A stretch of 64,000 nt of DNA from an uncultured Rhodospirillaceae bacterium (GCA_964486105.1 CAZAKR010000006.1:15924-79923), one strand, 5' to 3'; positions 15,684-28,900 are shown, counted from the stretch's first letter. The notes: a model not told the origin generated them from the sequence alone. Numbers and translations are program-made.

Positions 15684-17393
15684 TTGATCCTTTTGCTGCT
15701 GGCCATCATCGTCGGCGCGGCCGCTGGCGGCGGCGCCATTCTGTTTCGTGAACTGATCGGCCTTGTTCAGTCGTTGTTTCTGGGCGGGGGGGGTGAGCAA
15801 GTCGCCACCCTGGCCGCCGGACTTCCCTGGTGGCAGCTGCTTCTCGCCCCCGCCGGGGGGGGCGTTTTGATCGGTCTTTTCATTCATTTCGTTATGCCAG
15901 AACGCCGCCCTCACGGGGTGGCGGATGTCATCGAGGCTGTTTACCGGCGTGATGGGCGGATGCCGGTTGTGGCGGGACCAGGCGCGGCCCTGGCCAGCGC
16001 CGCTTCGATCGGCGTCGGGGCGTCGGTGGGGCGCGAGGGGCCGGTCGTGCATCTGGGGGCGTATCTGGGGGCGTATCTGGGGGAAAAGCTACGGTTTAAC
16101 CGCTCAATGACCCTGACTCTGCTCGGTTGCGGCGTTGCTTCGGGCATTGCCGCATCCTTCAACGCGCCCCTGGCCGGAGTGATTTTCGCGCTCGAAGTGG
16201 TGATCGGCCATTACGCTCTTTCCGCCTTTGCCCCGATCGTCGTCGCCGGGGTGACGGGAACCATCGTATCGCGTCTCTATTTCGGTGATTTTCCAGCCTT
16301 CATCGTGCCCTCCCACGCTTATGCCAGCTTTCTTGAGTTTCCGGTATTTGCCCTGCTTGGGGTCTTTGCGGCGCTGATCGCCATCAGTTTTATTCGCGGT
16401 GCCTCGGCCATCGCTGTACTGGGTGAGAAATCGGGGCTGCCCGGCTGGCTCCGTCCGGGAATCGCCGGTCTTGCTGTCGGCGCTATCGCCCTTTTCCTGC
16501 CTCAAATTCTCGGTGTCGGTTACGAGGCCACCGACGCCGCGCTAAAGGGGCTTTACCCCCTTTGGCTGCTTCTCGCTCTGCTGATCTTCAAACTGATCGC
16601 CACCATGGCCTGCATCGGGCTTGGCTTTGGCGGTGGGGTTTTCAGCCCGTCGCTTTTTCTCGGCGCCATGCTGGGCGGTGTATTCGGCTTGATTACCGCC
16701 GATATTTTTCCCGGACTAGAAATTGTTGCCGGTTCTCACAGCCTCATCGGCATGGGGGCGGTGGCCGCCGCGGTGCTTGGGGCGCCGATCTCGACGATCC
16801 TGATTATCTTCGAGTTGACGGGGAATTATCCCCTGACCGTCGCGACCATGGTGGCAGTCGGGGTTTCCACCATCATCACCCAGCGGGTTCAGGCGGGCTC
16901 TTTCTTTCTCGGGCAGCTCAAAACACGCGGCATTGATCCCACCGGCGGGCGCGAAGACCAGCTTTTGCATCAGGTTCGGGTGCATCAGGTGATGGTTGAG
17001 GATCTGGGGCGGGTCGGTATCTTGGCACCGTTGGAAAAAGTACGCGAATTGCTGCCCCAGGCGCCGTTCGAAACGCTCTACGTGGTCGATGACGGGGACC
17101 GGCTTGTGGGCACTCTGGGCTATCGTGATCTGGCCCGCGGGGTGATGGAGATGACCGACCGGGAATATGTTTCGGCCCATGACATGCTCCATGAAAATCC
17201 CCAGTTTCTTGAAGCGGGCGACGACCTTTCCCAGGCCATGGAGGTGCTGAAAAGCTCTGATAAGGCGCATCTTCCCGTGGTCGCCGACAGGGAAACGATG
17301 AAATTGATCGGTTGCATCCATATCCGCGATGTAATGGCCGCCTATGCCCATACGGTTCACAAGGCCCGGGCCGAGGAAAGAGGCGAGGCCTGA
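15684..17393 (+). CDS. ClC-family chloride channel / H+-Cl- antiporter with a C-terminal CBS-domain pair
   Basis: Selectivity-filter motifs GASVGREGP and GVFSP, about 10-11 TM helices, and C-terminal CBS-like repeats. The first canonical start is the TTG at 15684, but conserved-looking residues continue upstream (see findings). Confidence 0.88.
   Translation: MILLLLAIIVGAAAGGGAILFRELIGLVQSLFLGGGGEQVATLAAGLPWWQLLLAPAGGGVLIGLFIHFVMPERRPHGVADVIEAVYRRDGRMPVVAGPGAALASAASIGVGASVGREGPVVHLGAYLGAYLGEKLRFNRSMTLTLLGCGVASGIAASFNAPLAGVIFALEVVIGHYALSAFAPIVVAGVTGTIVSRLYFGDFPAFIVPSHAYASFLEFPVFALLGVFAALIAISFIRGASAIAVLGEKSGLPGWLRPGIAGLAVGAIALFLPQILGVGYEATDAALKGLYPLWLLLALLIFKLIATMACIGLGFGGGVFSPSLFLGAMLGGVFGLITADIFPGLEIVAGSHSLIGMGAVAAAVLGAPISTILIIFELTGNYPLTVATMVAVGVSTIITQRVQAGSFFLGQLKTRGIDPTGGREDQLLHQVRVHQVMVEDLGRVGILAPLEKVRELLPQAPFETLYVVDDGDRLVGTLGYRDLARGVMEMTDREYVSAHDMLHENPQFLEAGDDLSQAMEVLKSSDKAHLPVVADRETMKLIGCIHIRDVMAAYAHTVHKARAEERGEA
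16051..16083 (+). repeat. In-frame 12-bp tandem repeat (ATCTGGGGGCGT x 2.75) inside the ClC gene
   Basis: Direct reading gives atctgggggcgt atctgggggcgt atctggggg, which encodes HLGAYLGAYLGE immediately after the GREGP motif. Confidence 0.85.
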
Positions 17394-17457
17394 GGTCCGG
17401 ATCCGGTCATCCGGGATTGTGGCGCTGCGTCACAGTCGTGATATAACTCGGCGGATC

Positions 17458-19731
17458 ATGAGTGAACTTGAAGACTTTCGGGGCGACGATCCGCCAAAAG
17501 CGGTGGCGCCGGCCCCGGGCTCCTATATCTCGGGCCTTAACGAGGTCCAGCGTCAGGCGGTAGAGGCCCTGGATGGCCCGGTGCTGGTGCTTGCCGGGGC
17601 GGGAACAGGCAAGACCCGGGTGCTGACCACCCGTCTGGCTCATATTCTGACCACAGGTCGTGCCGCGCCGTCACAGGTTCTTGCCGTCACCTTTACCAAT
17701 AAGGCGGCGCGCGAGATGAAAGAGCGGGTCGAGGGGCTGCTCGGGCGCTCAACCGAAACCATGTGGATCGGTACCTTTCATTCCCTGGCGGCGCGCATTT
17801 TGCGCCGTCACGCCGAATTGCTCGGGCTGAAATCAAATTTCACCATTCTCGATTCCGACGATCAGGTGCGGCTGATTAAACAGCTCGTAACCGCCGCCGG
17901 GATCGACGACAAGCGTTGGCCGCCGCGGGGGCTGCACACCATCATCGAACGCTGGAAGGATCGTGGCCTGACGCCGGAAAAGGTCCGGGCCGGCGATGTT
18001 TCAGAGTATGCTTCCGGAAAGTCGCTGGAACTCTATCGCGCCTATCAGGATCGCTTAAAGACACTCAATGCCTGTGATTTTGGCGATTTGATGCTTCATT
18101 GCCTGACCCTTTTCACGGCCCATGAAGATGTTCTGGCCGATTATCAGAACCGCTTCCGCTATCTGCTGGTTGACGAGTATCAGGATACAAACGTCGCCCA
18201 GTATTTGTGGCTGCGTCTGTTGGCGCGGGCTCATCACAACATCTGTTGCGTCGGTGATGACGACCAGTCGATCTATGGCTGGCGCGGGGCCGAGGTCGGC
18301 AACATCCTGCGCTTTGAAAAGGATTTTCCCGGCGCTGTCGTCGTCCGGCTGGAACAGAATTACCGCTCGACGCCGCATATTCTCGCCACCGCCTCGGGAT
18401 TGATCGCCTGCAACGAGGGGCGGCTGGGCAAGACCCTGTGGACAGAGGCCAGCGAGGGCGAAAAGGTTGCCATTCGCGGTGTCTGGGACGGGGCGGAAGA
18501 GGCCCGGGTGATCGGCGACGAGATCGAGACGCTTCACCGCAAGGGCCATACACTTTCCCAGATCGCCATTCTGGTGCGGGCCAGTTTCCAGATGCGCGAA
18601 TTCGAGGAGCGATTCATTACCCTCGGCCTGCCTTACCGGGTTATCGGCGGTCCGCGGTTTTACGAGCGCCGCGAAATCCGCGACGCCATCGCCTATTTCC
18701 GGGTGCTGGTCCAGCCCGACGATGATCTGGCTTTCGAGCGCATCATCAACGTGCCCAAGCGCGGGCTCGGCGACGCCACTCTGCGAACAATTCACCACCA
18801 TGCCCGTTCCGGCCGTATTTCACTGACCCAGGCGGTGGGAGAGCTTCTCGCAACCGACGAGCTGACCGCCAGGGCGCGTAATCCTCTTTTCGCCCTGATG
18901 GCTGATTTCACCCGCTGGCGGGGCCAGCTCGACGCCCTGCCTCATGACGAACTGGCGGCCCTGATTCTCGATGAATCCGGCTATACCGCCATGTGGAAGG
19001 CGGACAAGGCCCCCGACGCCCCTGGACGGCTGGAAAACCTCAAGGAACTGATCGCCGCTCTGGAGGAATTCGTGTCCCTGCCCGGTTTTCTCGAACATGT
19101 GAGCCTGGTCATGGAGAACGCCGAAAATGCCCAGGGCGACATGGTCAATCTGATGACCCTGCACAGCGCCAAGGGGCTGGAATTCGACACCGTTTTCCTC
19201 CCCGGCTGGGAAGAGGGGCTGTTCCCCCACCAGCGCGCCATGGACGAGGGTGGCACGTCTGCTCTGGAGGAAGAGCGCCGGCTGGCCTATGTCGGCCTCA
19301 CCCGGGCCCGCAAGCGCGCCGATATATCCTTTGCCGCCAGCCGCCATGTCTATAACCAGTGGCTTTCCCCCATTCCCTCACGCTTTCTCGACGAGGTGCC
19401 CGAGGATCATGTGGAACGGATCACCGCACCCGGTCTTTACGGTGGCGGTGGGCCAAGGGACGGGCTGGCCGAGGATGGTGACGGTCTGGATTATGCGCCA
19501 GAGGCGAGACGGTATGGCGGCGGAGGGCCGCGTATTATTGAGGGAACGGCGCGGCGTGTGAAGGTCAGCGCCGACCCGCCGGCCTCAAAAAGCGGTATTC
19601 GCGCCGGCGATGAAGTCTTTCATCAGAAATTCGGCTATGGCCGGGTCAACACGGTGGATGGCGACAAGCTGGAGATCGCTTTTTCAACCGGCGTCAAAAA
19701 AGTCATGGAAAGTTTCGTCGAGCCCGCATGA
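17458..19731 (+). CDS. uvrD: ATP-dependent DNA helicase II (UvrD/PcrA family)
   Basis: SF1 helicase motifs (VLAGAGTGKTRVLT, FTNKAAREM, LLVDEYQDTN, VGDDDQSIYGWRGA, YRST, TLHSAKGLEFDTVFL, RLAYVGLTRA). Start at the ATG at 17458 (MSELEDF...); the track ORF starts earlier inside the ClC gene. Confidence 0.92.
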   Translation: MSELEDFRGDDPPKAVAPAPGSYISGLNEVQRQAVEALDGPVLVLAGAGTGKTRVLTTRLAHILTTGRAAPSQVLAVTFTNKAAREMKERVEGLLGRSTETMWIGTFHSLAARILRRHAELLGLKSNFTILDSDDQVRLIKQLVTAAGIDDKRWPPRGLHTIIERWKDRGLTPEKVRAGDVSEYASGKSLELYRAYQDRLKTLNACDFGDLMLHCLTLFTAHEDVLADYQNRFRYLLVDEYQDTNVAQYLWLRLLARAHHNICCVGDDDQSIYGWRGAEVGNILRFEKDFPGAVVVRLEQNYRSTPHILATASGLIACNEGRLGKTLWTEASEGEKVAIRGVWDGAEEARVIGDEIETLHRKGHTLSQIAILVRASFQMREFEERFITLGLPYRVIGGPRFYERREIRDAIAYFRVLVQPDDDLAFERIINVPKRGLGDATLRTIHHHARSGRISLTQAVGELLATDELTARARNPLFALMADFTRWRGQLDALPHDELAALILDESGYTAMWKADKAPDAPGRLENLKELIAALEEFVSLPGFLEHVSLVMENAENAQGDMVNLMTLHSAKGLEFDTVFLPGWEEGLFPHQRAMDEGGTSALEEERRLAYVGLTRARKRADISFAASRHVYNQWLSPIPSRFLDEVPEDHVERITAPGLYGGGGPRDGLAEDGDGLDYAPEARRYGGGGPRIIEGTARRVKVSADPPASKSGIRAGDEVFHQKFGYGRVNTVDGDKLEIAFSTGVKKVMESFVEPA

Positions 19732-20612
19732 GCACATCCGGCGTCCCTTACTGGTCCATCCGTTTCGACGTTCCGCCGACCGCAAAGCCCGCCGCCGAGG
19801 CGGTGATGCATCGCCTGTGCGAAGCGGTTTCCGCCTTTGAGGTTCGTCTGGGCGGTCCCTGGCAAATCGAGGGGCTGGCGCCGCAAGAACCCGACCGGGG
19901 CGAACTGGAAGCGGCCTTGGCCGGGATGGCGGCCGATTGCGGATTGCCTGTCCCGCCGGCTCTAAACATTCAACAGGTTGAGGACAGGGACTGGGTGACC
20001 GAAAGCCAGCGCGGCTTTCCGCCGGTCCGCGCCGGGCGCTATTTCGTTTACGGGTCCCATGAGAGCGACCCGGTGCCGCCGGGGCGCATCGGCATCCGCA
20101 TTGACGCCGGGCAGGCCTTCGGCACCGGCCATCACGACTCAACACTTGGCTGTCTGGTTGCCCTTGACGGTTTGGCGCGCCGCTATCGCTTTGCAGCCCC
20201 CCTCGATGTGGGTTGCGGTTCGGGCATCCTGTCCATCGCCATGGCCAAAACCTGGGGAGTTCCGGTCAAGGCCTGCGATATCGACCCGGTAGCAATCCGG
20301 GTTGCACGCTATAACATTCGCGATAACGGGGTTTCCGCCCTGGTTTCGCCCTTTGTCGGCAGGGGGCTCGCAGGCCGGCGGGTGGGGCGGAAAAGGGCCT
20401 ATGATCTGATCCTGGCCAATATTCTGGCGCGTCCGATTATCGCTATGGCGCCCGATGTGGCGGCGCGGCTTATGCCGGGCGGTGTCGCCGTTTTTTCCGG
20501 CATTCTCGCCCGCGAGGCCCAGGGCGTGCTTTGCGCCTATCGTATCCAGGGGTTCCGTCTTATCCGGCGGATTATCATTGGCGAATGGGCGACCCTGGTA
20601 TTGGCCCGGTAA
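19728..20612 (+). CDS. prmA: Ribosomal protein L11 methyltransferase
   Basis: PrmA-type blocks FGTGHHDSTLGCL and LDVGCGSGILSIA. The ATGA overlaps the uvrD stop. Confidence 0.85.
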   Translation: MSTSGVPYWSIRFDVPPTAKPAAEAVMHRLCEAVSAFEVRLGGPWQIEGLAPQEPDRGELEAALAGMAADCGLPVPPALNIQQVEDRDWVTESQRGFPPVRAGRYFVYGSHESDPVPPGRIGIRIDAGQAFGTGHHDSTLGCLVALDGLARRYRFAAPLDVGCGSGILSIAMAKTWGVPVKACDIDPVAIRVARYNIRDNGVSALVSPFVGRGLAGRRVGRKRAYDLILANILARPIIAMAPDVAARLMPGGVAVFSGILAREAQGVLCAYRIQGFRLIRRIIIGEWATLVLAR

Positions 20613-20665
20613 TGGATATGCTCTAACTTTCTAAAAACTCTTTTCATAAACCCGAGTCAGTCGTC

Positions 20666-22497
20666 ATGGCCCAGCCCGGTAAAAATACCGAGGAACACCG
20701 AGAAACGCCCCTTGCCGCCCTGCGCGGTGAATTGGCGCGCCGCAAGCTCGATGGCTTCATTGTTCCCCATGGCGACGAATACCAGAACGAATATCTGCCC
20801 CCCTGCGCCGAACGCCTTGCCTGGCTCACCGGCTTTACCGGTTCGGCGGGGCTGGCTCTGGTGTTGGGCCGAGAGGCCGCGTTTTTTACCGATGGCCGCT
20901 ATAGCCTGCAGGCTCAAGCAGAAGTTAATGGGGGCGATTTCACTCTCCGCCATATCACCGAGGGACCACCGGCCGACTGGCTGGCCGGGCGTTTGAAGGC
21001 GGGACAAAAACTCGGCTATGATTCCTGGCTTCACACCCCGGACGACCTCGCGCGCTATGGCCGCGTAGTGAGCAAAGCCGGGGCGATGCTGGTTCCCTGC
21101 CAGTCCAACCCCCTTGATGAGGCGTGGACGGACCAGCCTCAGCCCCCCAAAGCCCCGGTGGTTCCCTTTGATATCGCCCATGCCGGAAAACCGTCCGCCG
21201 ACAAGCGGCGGGAACTGGGTGCGGCGCTGAAAAAAGCCGGGGCCGGGGCGGCGGTGATCACGGCGCCCGATTCCATCGCCTGGCTTTTGAATATCAGAGG
21301 CGGCGATGTCGCCCATACGCCGCTACCCCTTTCCTACGCGATACTTATGGCCGATGGAGCGGTTGAGCTTTTCCTCGATCCGGCGAAGATATCCCCCGGT
21401 CTTTGCGATCATCTGGGGGCGGAAATTGCCTTGCACGGCCCTGACGATTTCGGCCCCGCCCTCGACCGGCTGGCCGGTGCAGGTGAGCCGGTTGCCGCCG
21501 ATCCGGGGCGAAGTGCAGCCTGGGTATTTGATCGCCTGAAAGCAGCCGGGGTGGAAATACGTAAATGCGAAGACCCGTGCCAGCTTCCCAAGGCGTTGAA
21601 AAACGATACCGAATGTACCGGTATCCGCGCCGCCCATCTGCGCGATGGAGCGGCCCTGACGCGATTTCTCGCCTGGCTTTCGGACGCCGCTCCCGGCGGG
21701 ACGGTCAGCGAGTTGGCGGCAGCCGACCATCTGGAAACCCTGCGCCGGGAAAGCGATCTTCTCCGGGATCTCAGTTTTCCAACCATTTCCGGCTCAGGAC
21801 CCAACGGGGCCATCGTCCATTACCGGGTGACACCGGAAAATGACCGGATGCTTATCCCGGGTGATCTCTATCTGGTCGATTCCGGCGGCCAATATCTCGA
21901 CGGCACCACCGACGTCACCCGCACGGTTTTTATAGCAGGTGAGGGGGCGAGGCCGAGCGCCGAGCAATGTGACCGTTTCACCCGTGTGCTCAAGGGGCAT
22001 ATCGCCCTGGCCAGCGCCCGTTTCCCCACGGGCACGGTGGGGTCGGCCCTCGACGCCTTGGCGCGCAAATCCCTGTGGGCGGCGGGGCTCGATTACGATC
22101 ACGGCACCGGCCATGGGGTCGGGTGCTATCTCGGCGTCCATGAAGGCCCCCAGCGTATTTCAAAAATTCCCAACAAGGTGGCGCTTGGGCCCGGCATGGT
22201 GATCTCCAACGAACCCGGTTATTACCGGTCAGGCAAATACGGCATCCGGATCGAGAATCTGGTGCTCGTCTGCGCCGCCGACATGGCGGGGGGCGAGCGC
22301 GATATGCTTGGTTTCGAGACCCTCACCCGGGCGCCGATAGATCGCGACCTCATTGATCTCGATCTTATGAGTACAGATGAAATCACCTGGCTTGATGCCT
22401 ATCACATGCAGGTGCGGGATGATTTGACGCCCCTGGTGGACGAGGCGACGGGGGCATGGCTGGCGGGTGCGACGGCGCCGCTTGGGGGGCGGGCAAA

Positions 22498-22501
<4 letters not shown>
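20666..22501 (+). CDS. pepP: Xaa-Pro aminopeptidase (M24B, aminopeptidase P family)
   Basis: 611 aa with N-terminal creatinase-like domains and a C-terminal pita-bread fold carrying metal-ligand blocks (DSGGQY..GTTDVTRT, HGTGHGVG, SNEPGYY, IRIEN). Confidence 0.85.
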
Positions 22502-24992
<2,491 letters not shown>

Positions 24993-26666
24993 TTACGAGG
25001 CCTTGAGCAGGCTGTCGGCGGCGGCCCGCGCCTCATCGGTAACGCTTGCCCCGGAAAGCAGGCGGGCAATTTCCTCGCGACGTTCTTGCGGTCCAAGAGA
25101 ATCGACGGTGGTGACGATGGTGTCCGTACCTTCCTTGGCGACCCGCAGGTGATGGGCGCCCCGCGCCGCAACCTGGGCCGAATGGGTGATGACCAGAACC
25201 TGCCGCCCCTCGCCAAGCTTGGCCAGCCGCTCGCCGACGGCGGCCGCCACCGCCCCGCCGACGCCGCTGTCCACTTCGTCGAAGACAAGGGTGCCGGCAT
25301 CGCCGGTTTGCGCCACCACGACTTTGAGCGCCAGCATGAAGCGCGCCAGCTCGCCGCCTGAGGCGATCTTGTTGAGGGGGCCGGGGGCGGCGCCGGGATT
25401 GGTCGAGACTTCGAAATAGACCTTTTCACAGCCCTGCTCGCCCCAATCGGCCTCCTCCAATGGGGCGGTACGGGTGCAAAAGACCGCCTTTTCCAGCTTC
25501 AGGGCGGGCAGTTCGACTGCGACTGCGGCATCGAGCGCGCGGGCCGCCTTTTCCCTGCCCCTTGAGAGGCGTTTTGCAGCCTTGGTATAGGTGTCATGGG
25601 CGGCGCGCTCGGCTTGGGCAAGCTTATTAAGGCTGCTCTCACCACCGCTGACCGCCTCCAGACGAGCGGAAAACTCGTCTCTTAATGCAGGCAGCTCATC
25701 CACCGTGACGCGGTGCTTTTTCGCGGCATCGCGCAAGGCAAACAGCCGCTCCTCAATGCGTGCCTGCTCGCCGCTGTCCATGTCCAGCTCGCCGCCCAGG
25801 GTGGCAAGCTGGGCCTCTGCCTCGGCGCATTCGATGAGCGTACGCTCAAGGGTGGCGATGGCGCCGTCGAGCTTGCCGGGGGCCTTGTCGGCGACCTTTT
25901 CCAAGGCGCTCAAGGCGCTGCGAAGCTTGTCCCCGACCCCGCCCGAGCCGCCATTTTCTCCGCCCAGTCTTTCTTCGGCGGTATTCATCGCCGCGATCAG
26001 CTGTTCCTTGTGCATCAACAGGGTGCGGGTTTCGGCCAGTTTGGCTTCTTCGCCGGTTTCCGGGGCGAGGCTGTCGAGCTCTTCGACGAATTGGGTAAGT
26101 TCGGCTTCTTCTTCCAGGGTCCGGGCGAGGGCCTCTTTGGCCCTCTCAAGAGTTTCAAGCGCATTGCGCCACCGCCGCCAGGTGTCGGCGGTTTTCGCCT
26201 TTTCACCCTCCAGGGCGCCATAGGCATCGAGGGTGTCGCGGTGGGTGGCCGGGTTAAGTAACCCCTGTTCGGCAAACTGGCCTTCGATCTCGATCACCAT
26301 GTCGCCGAGCCGGCGCAACAGTCCGACGCTGGCCGGCTGGTCGTTGATGAAGGCGCGCGATCGCCCGTCTTTACCGAGAATTCGGCGCAGTGTCAGGGTG
26401 TCGCTGCTCTCGACCCCCTGCTCGGCAAGCAGGGCGTTTGCGGGATGATCGGCGCTCAGGTCGAACTCGGCGCTGGCGACGGCCTGTTCGGCGCCGGCAC
26501 GGACCAGATTGCGTTCGGCCCTGAACCCGAGCGCCAGTCCCATGGCATCGAGAAGGATCGACTTTCCCGCCCCGGTCTCGCCGGTCAACACGCAGAGTCC
26601 GGGTTTAAGGCCAAGATCAAGCTGTTCGATGAGGACGACATTGCGGATCGAGAGGCCCAGCAGCAT
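24993..26666 (-). CDS. recN: DNA repair protein RecN
   Basis: SMC-like architecture: N-terminal Walker A LTGETGAGKSILLDA, a long coiled coil, and C-terminal ASGGELARFMLALK ... LVFDEVDSGVGG. Confidence 0.94.
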   Translation of the reverse strand: MLLGLSIRNVVLIEQLDLGLKPGLCVLTGETGAGKSILLDAMGLALGFRAERNLVRAGAEQAVASAEFDLSADHPANALLAEQGVESSDTLTLRRILGKDGRSRAFINDQPASVGLLRRLGDMVIEIEGQFAEQGLLNPATHRDTLDAYGALEGEKAKTADTWRRWRNALETLERAKEALARTLEEEAELTQFVEELDSLAPETGEEAKLAETRTLLMHKEQLIAAMNTAEERLGGENGGSGGVGDKLRSALSALEKVADKAPGKLDGAIATLERTLIECAEAEAQLATLGGELDMDSGEQARIEERLFALRDAAKKHRVTVDELPALRDEFSARLEAVSGGESSLNKLAQAERAAHDTYTKAAKRLSRGREKAARALDAAVAVELPALKLEKAVFCTRTAPLEEADWGEQGCEKVYFEVSTNPGAAPGPLNKIASGGELARFMLALKVVVAQTGDAGTLVFDEVDSGVGGAVAAAVGERLAKLGEGRQVLVITHSAQVAARGAHHLRVAKEGTDTIVTTVDSLGPQERREEIARLLSGASVTDEARAAADSLLKAS

Positions 26667-26675
26667 CGGCTTTTC

Positions 26676-27623
26676 CTAGAATACCCAGTCCCAGGCGCGG
26701 GAAAAGATGGATTCCTCTTCGACTTCTTCTTTTGTAGAGACGTCTTCGCCGTCGCCTTCAACCATTGTTTCATCGACTCCGAGCTGGGCGGTCGCCTGTG
26801 CGGCGCGGCGCTGGATATTGGCTTTAAGCACCTTGTGCTCGTCGAGAAGATTATATTCCGAAAGAAGGCCGTAGGTATCCCGGTACCATTGGGTGTTGGG
26901 AAAGTTGAATCCGAGCACTGCGGCGGTTTTGCGGGCTTCCAGATCCATCCCGAGAATAAGATAGTTTTCCACCAGACGGTGCATGGCCTCGGGGACATGG
27001 GTCGTCGTCTCGTAATTCTCGACAACGCTGCGGAAACGATTGATCGCCGCCAGATAATGCTCTCTCTGCTGGTAATAGCGGCCGATGGTCATGTCCTTGC
27101 CGGCCAGTTGGTCGAGAAGAAGGTCTATTTTGGGGCTGGCATCCTTGGCGTAGTCGCTTTTTGGAAAACGGCGTTCTAGTTCCTGGAAAGCTTCGAGAGC
27201 CTGTTCGGTGCTTCGCTGATCCCGGGATACATCGGTGAGTTGCTCGTAATAGCACAGCGCCTTGAGATAAAAGGCGTAGGGGACATCTTCATTGCCAGGA
27301 TGAAGTTGAATAAAGCGGTCGAGACCGATCACCGCTTCATCATATTCCCCCTGTTGATAGCGGGCGAAGGCAGCCATCAGCTGGCCTTTCGTCGCCCATT
27401 GGGAATAAGGATGCTGGCGTTCCACTTCATCGAACAGCTTTGCCGATTCAGAATATTTCTCGCTCATAAGGCTGTTCATCGCCTCATTGTAAATATCCTC
27501 GACCGGGCGTTCGGTATAATTGACGTCCTCGACCGATTCACAAGATCCCAGGCCGAGGGACAGAACCGTCAGGGCGAACAGGACGATGAAATTACGTAAA
27601 TAGGGTTGGATAGGTCGTTTCAT
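26676..27623 (-). CDS. bamD: Outer-membrane protein assembly factor BamD (YfiO)
   Basis: Lipobox LGLGSC followed by a TPR-rich body (YNEAMNSLMSEKYSESAKLFDEVERQHPYSQWA ... YAFYLKALCYYEQ). It occupies the conserved position next to lpxC and recN. Confidence 0.88.
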   Translation of the reverse strand: MKRPIQPYLRNFIVLFALTVLSLGLGSCESVEDVNYTERPVEDIYNEAMNSLMSEKYSESAKLFDEVERQHPYSQWATKGQLMAAFARYQQGEYDEAVIGLDRFIQLHPGNEDVPYAFYLKALCYYEQLTDVSRDQRSTEQALEAFQELERRFPKSDYAKDASPKIDLLLDQLAGKDMTIGRYYQQREHYLAAINRFRSVVENYETTTHVPEAMHRLVENYLILGMDLEARKTAAVLGFNFPNTQWYRDTYGLLSEYNLLDEHKVLKANIQRRAAQATAQLGVDETMVEGDGEDVSTKEEVEEESIFSRAWDWVF

Positions 27624-27736
27624 GATCAGACGGAATCTTGTGCCCTGTAGGGGTGGGAGCCATTATTGCGAGGGGACTATACCACGCCCGATGGGTTCTT
27701 TCGCAAGGCCGTCTCAAGCAAAAAATAGCTATATAT

Positions 27737-27767
27737 AGGGGGAAAGGCGCTCAACACCCGTTGACGC
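27737..27767 (-). terminator. Possible terminator hairpin after lpxC
   Basis: The minus strand reads GGCGTCAAC-GGGT-GTTGAGCGCC (9 bp with one bulge), followed by TTTCCCCC. The U-tract is poor. Confidence 0.3.
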
Positions 27768-27812
27768 CGGGAGATGTAGGATAAACGACAGGAAAGAGAG
27801 CGCTCTGCCGGC

Positions 27813-28805
27813 TCAGGCGGTGGCCAGAAGTCCAGGGTCTTTCTGCCATTCAACCGATGCAGGTGTGACGGTTGAGGGAGTCGTCCCTGCCTTCATTCCG
27901 TCCAGGCACCAGGCGTCTTCATCGGCAAACAGGGTTTCCAGCAGCAGGCGGTTAAGTGCGTGCCCGGAATGGATGCCCTCGAAATGTCCGATGATCTGGC
28001 CGCCGGCGAGATAGAGATCGCCAATGGTGTCGAGAATCTTGTGGCGGACGAACTCATCATCATAGCGCAGACCGTCCTCATTGAGAATCTGGTCGCCGCT
28101 GACGACGACGGCATTATCGAGCGAGCCGCCAAGGGCAAGGCCGTTGGCGCGAAGGTGATCGACTTCATGGAGGAAGCCGAAGGTGCGGGCACGGGAGATT
28201 TCGGATTTGAAATTGCCATTGACCATCTGGAAGTCATAGGCCTGATGGGCGACGGCATCGCTTTCAAAGTCAATCTCACAATGAAGGGAGAAAATATCTG
28301 CCGGCGCAAGCGAGGCCTTGCTGCCCTCTTCAACGACGCTGACCGGCTTGAGAATGCGGATCAGGTTGCGGGGCGCGTTCTGCTCGACGATACCGGAGCA
28401 TTCGATCAGAAAAACAAAGGGTGCGGCGCTGCCATCCATAACCGGCACTTCACCGCCATTGATTTCAACCAGCACGTTATCGATACCGCACCCGGCCAAT
28501 GCCGCCATAAGATGCTCGACGGTCGAAACGCTGGCGCCCTCGTCGTTGCTGAGCTTCGTGCAAAGGCGGGTTTCAGAGACCCGGCGCCAATGGGCGGGGA
28601 TAGGGGCGCCCCGGGCCGACAGATCGGAACGTTGAAAGACAATGCCTGAACCGGGTTTGGCCGGATGCAGGGTCATTGAAATCTGGGCTCCGGAGTGAAG
28701 GGCGGTGCCGCTACAATGAATGGCGTTTTTGAGGGTTCGTTGTTTCATCGGGGATGAAGTGCCGCTTTTCAATAACCGGTTTTGTATGGTTTTTTTAGTT
28801 TTCAT
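27813..28805 (-). CDS. lpxC: UDP-3-O-acyl-N-acetylglucosamine deacetylase
   Basis: MKQRTLKNAIHCSGTALHSG ... TVEHLMAAL ... HKILDTIGDL blocks. The long start at 28805 has an AGGGGG SD. The E. coli-like N-terminus would begin at the internal ATG at 28748. Confidence 0.93.
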   Translation of the reverse strand: MKTKKTIQNRLLKSGTSSPMKQRTLKNAIHCSGTALHSGAQISMTLHPAKPGSGIVFQRSDLSARGAPIPAHWRRVSETRLCTKLSNDEGASVSTVEHLMAALAGCGIDNVLVEINGGEVPVMDGSAAPFVFLIECSGIVEQNAPRNLIRILKPVSVVEEGSKASLAPADIFSLHCEIDFESDAVAHQAYDFQMVNGNFKSEISRARTFGFLHEVDHLRANGLALGGSLDNAVVVSGDQILNEDGLRYDDEFVRHKILDTIGDLYLAGGQIIGHFEGIHSGHALNRLLLETLFADEDAWCLDGMKAGTTPSTVTPASVEWQKDPGLLATA

Positions 28806-28900
28806 GACAGAACCCCCTGCTTAAAAACTTTGCGACAGGCTTTTTATTCTTATTTGTGTTTTTCTTTGCTTTGCCACTCATTACAAAATGGCTTCCGGCT

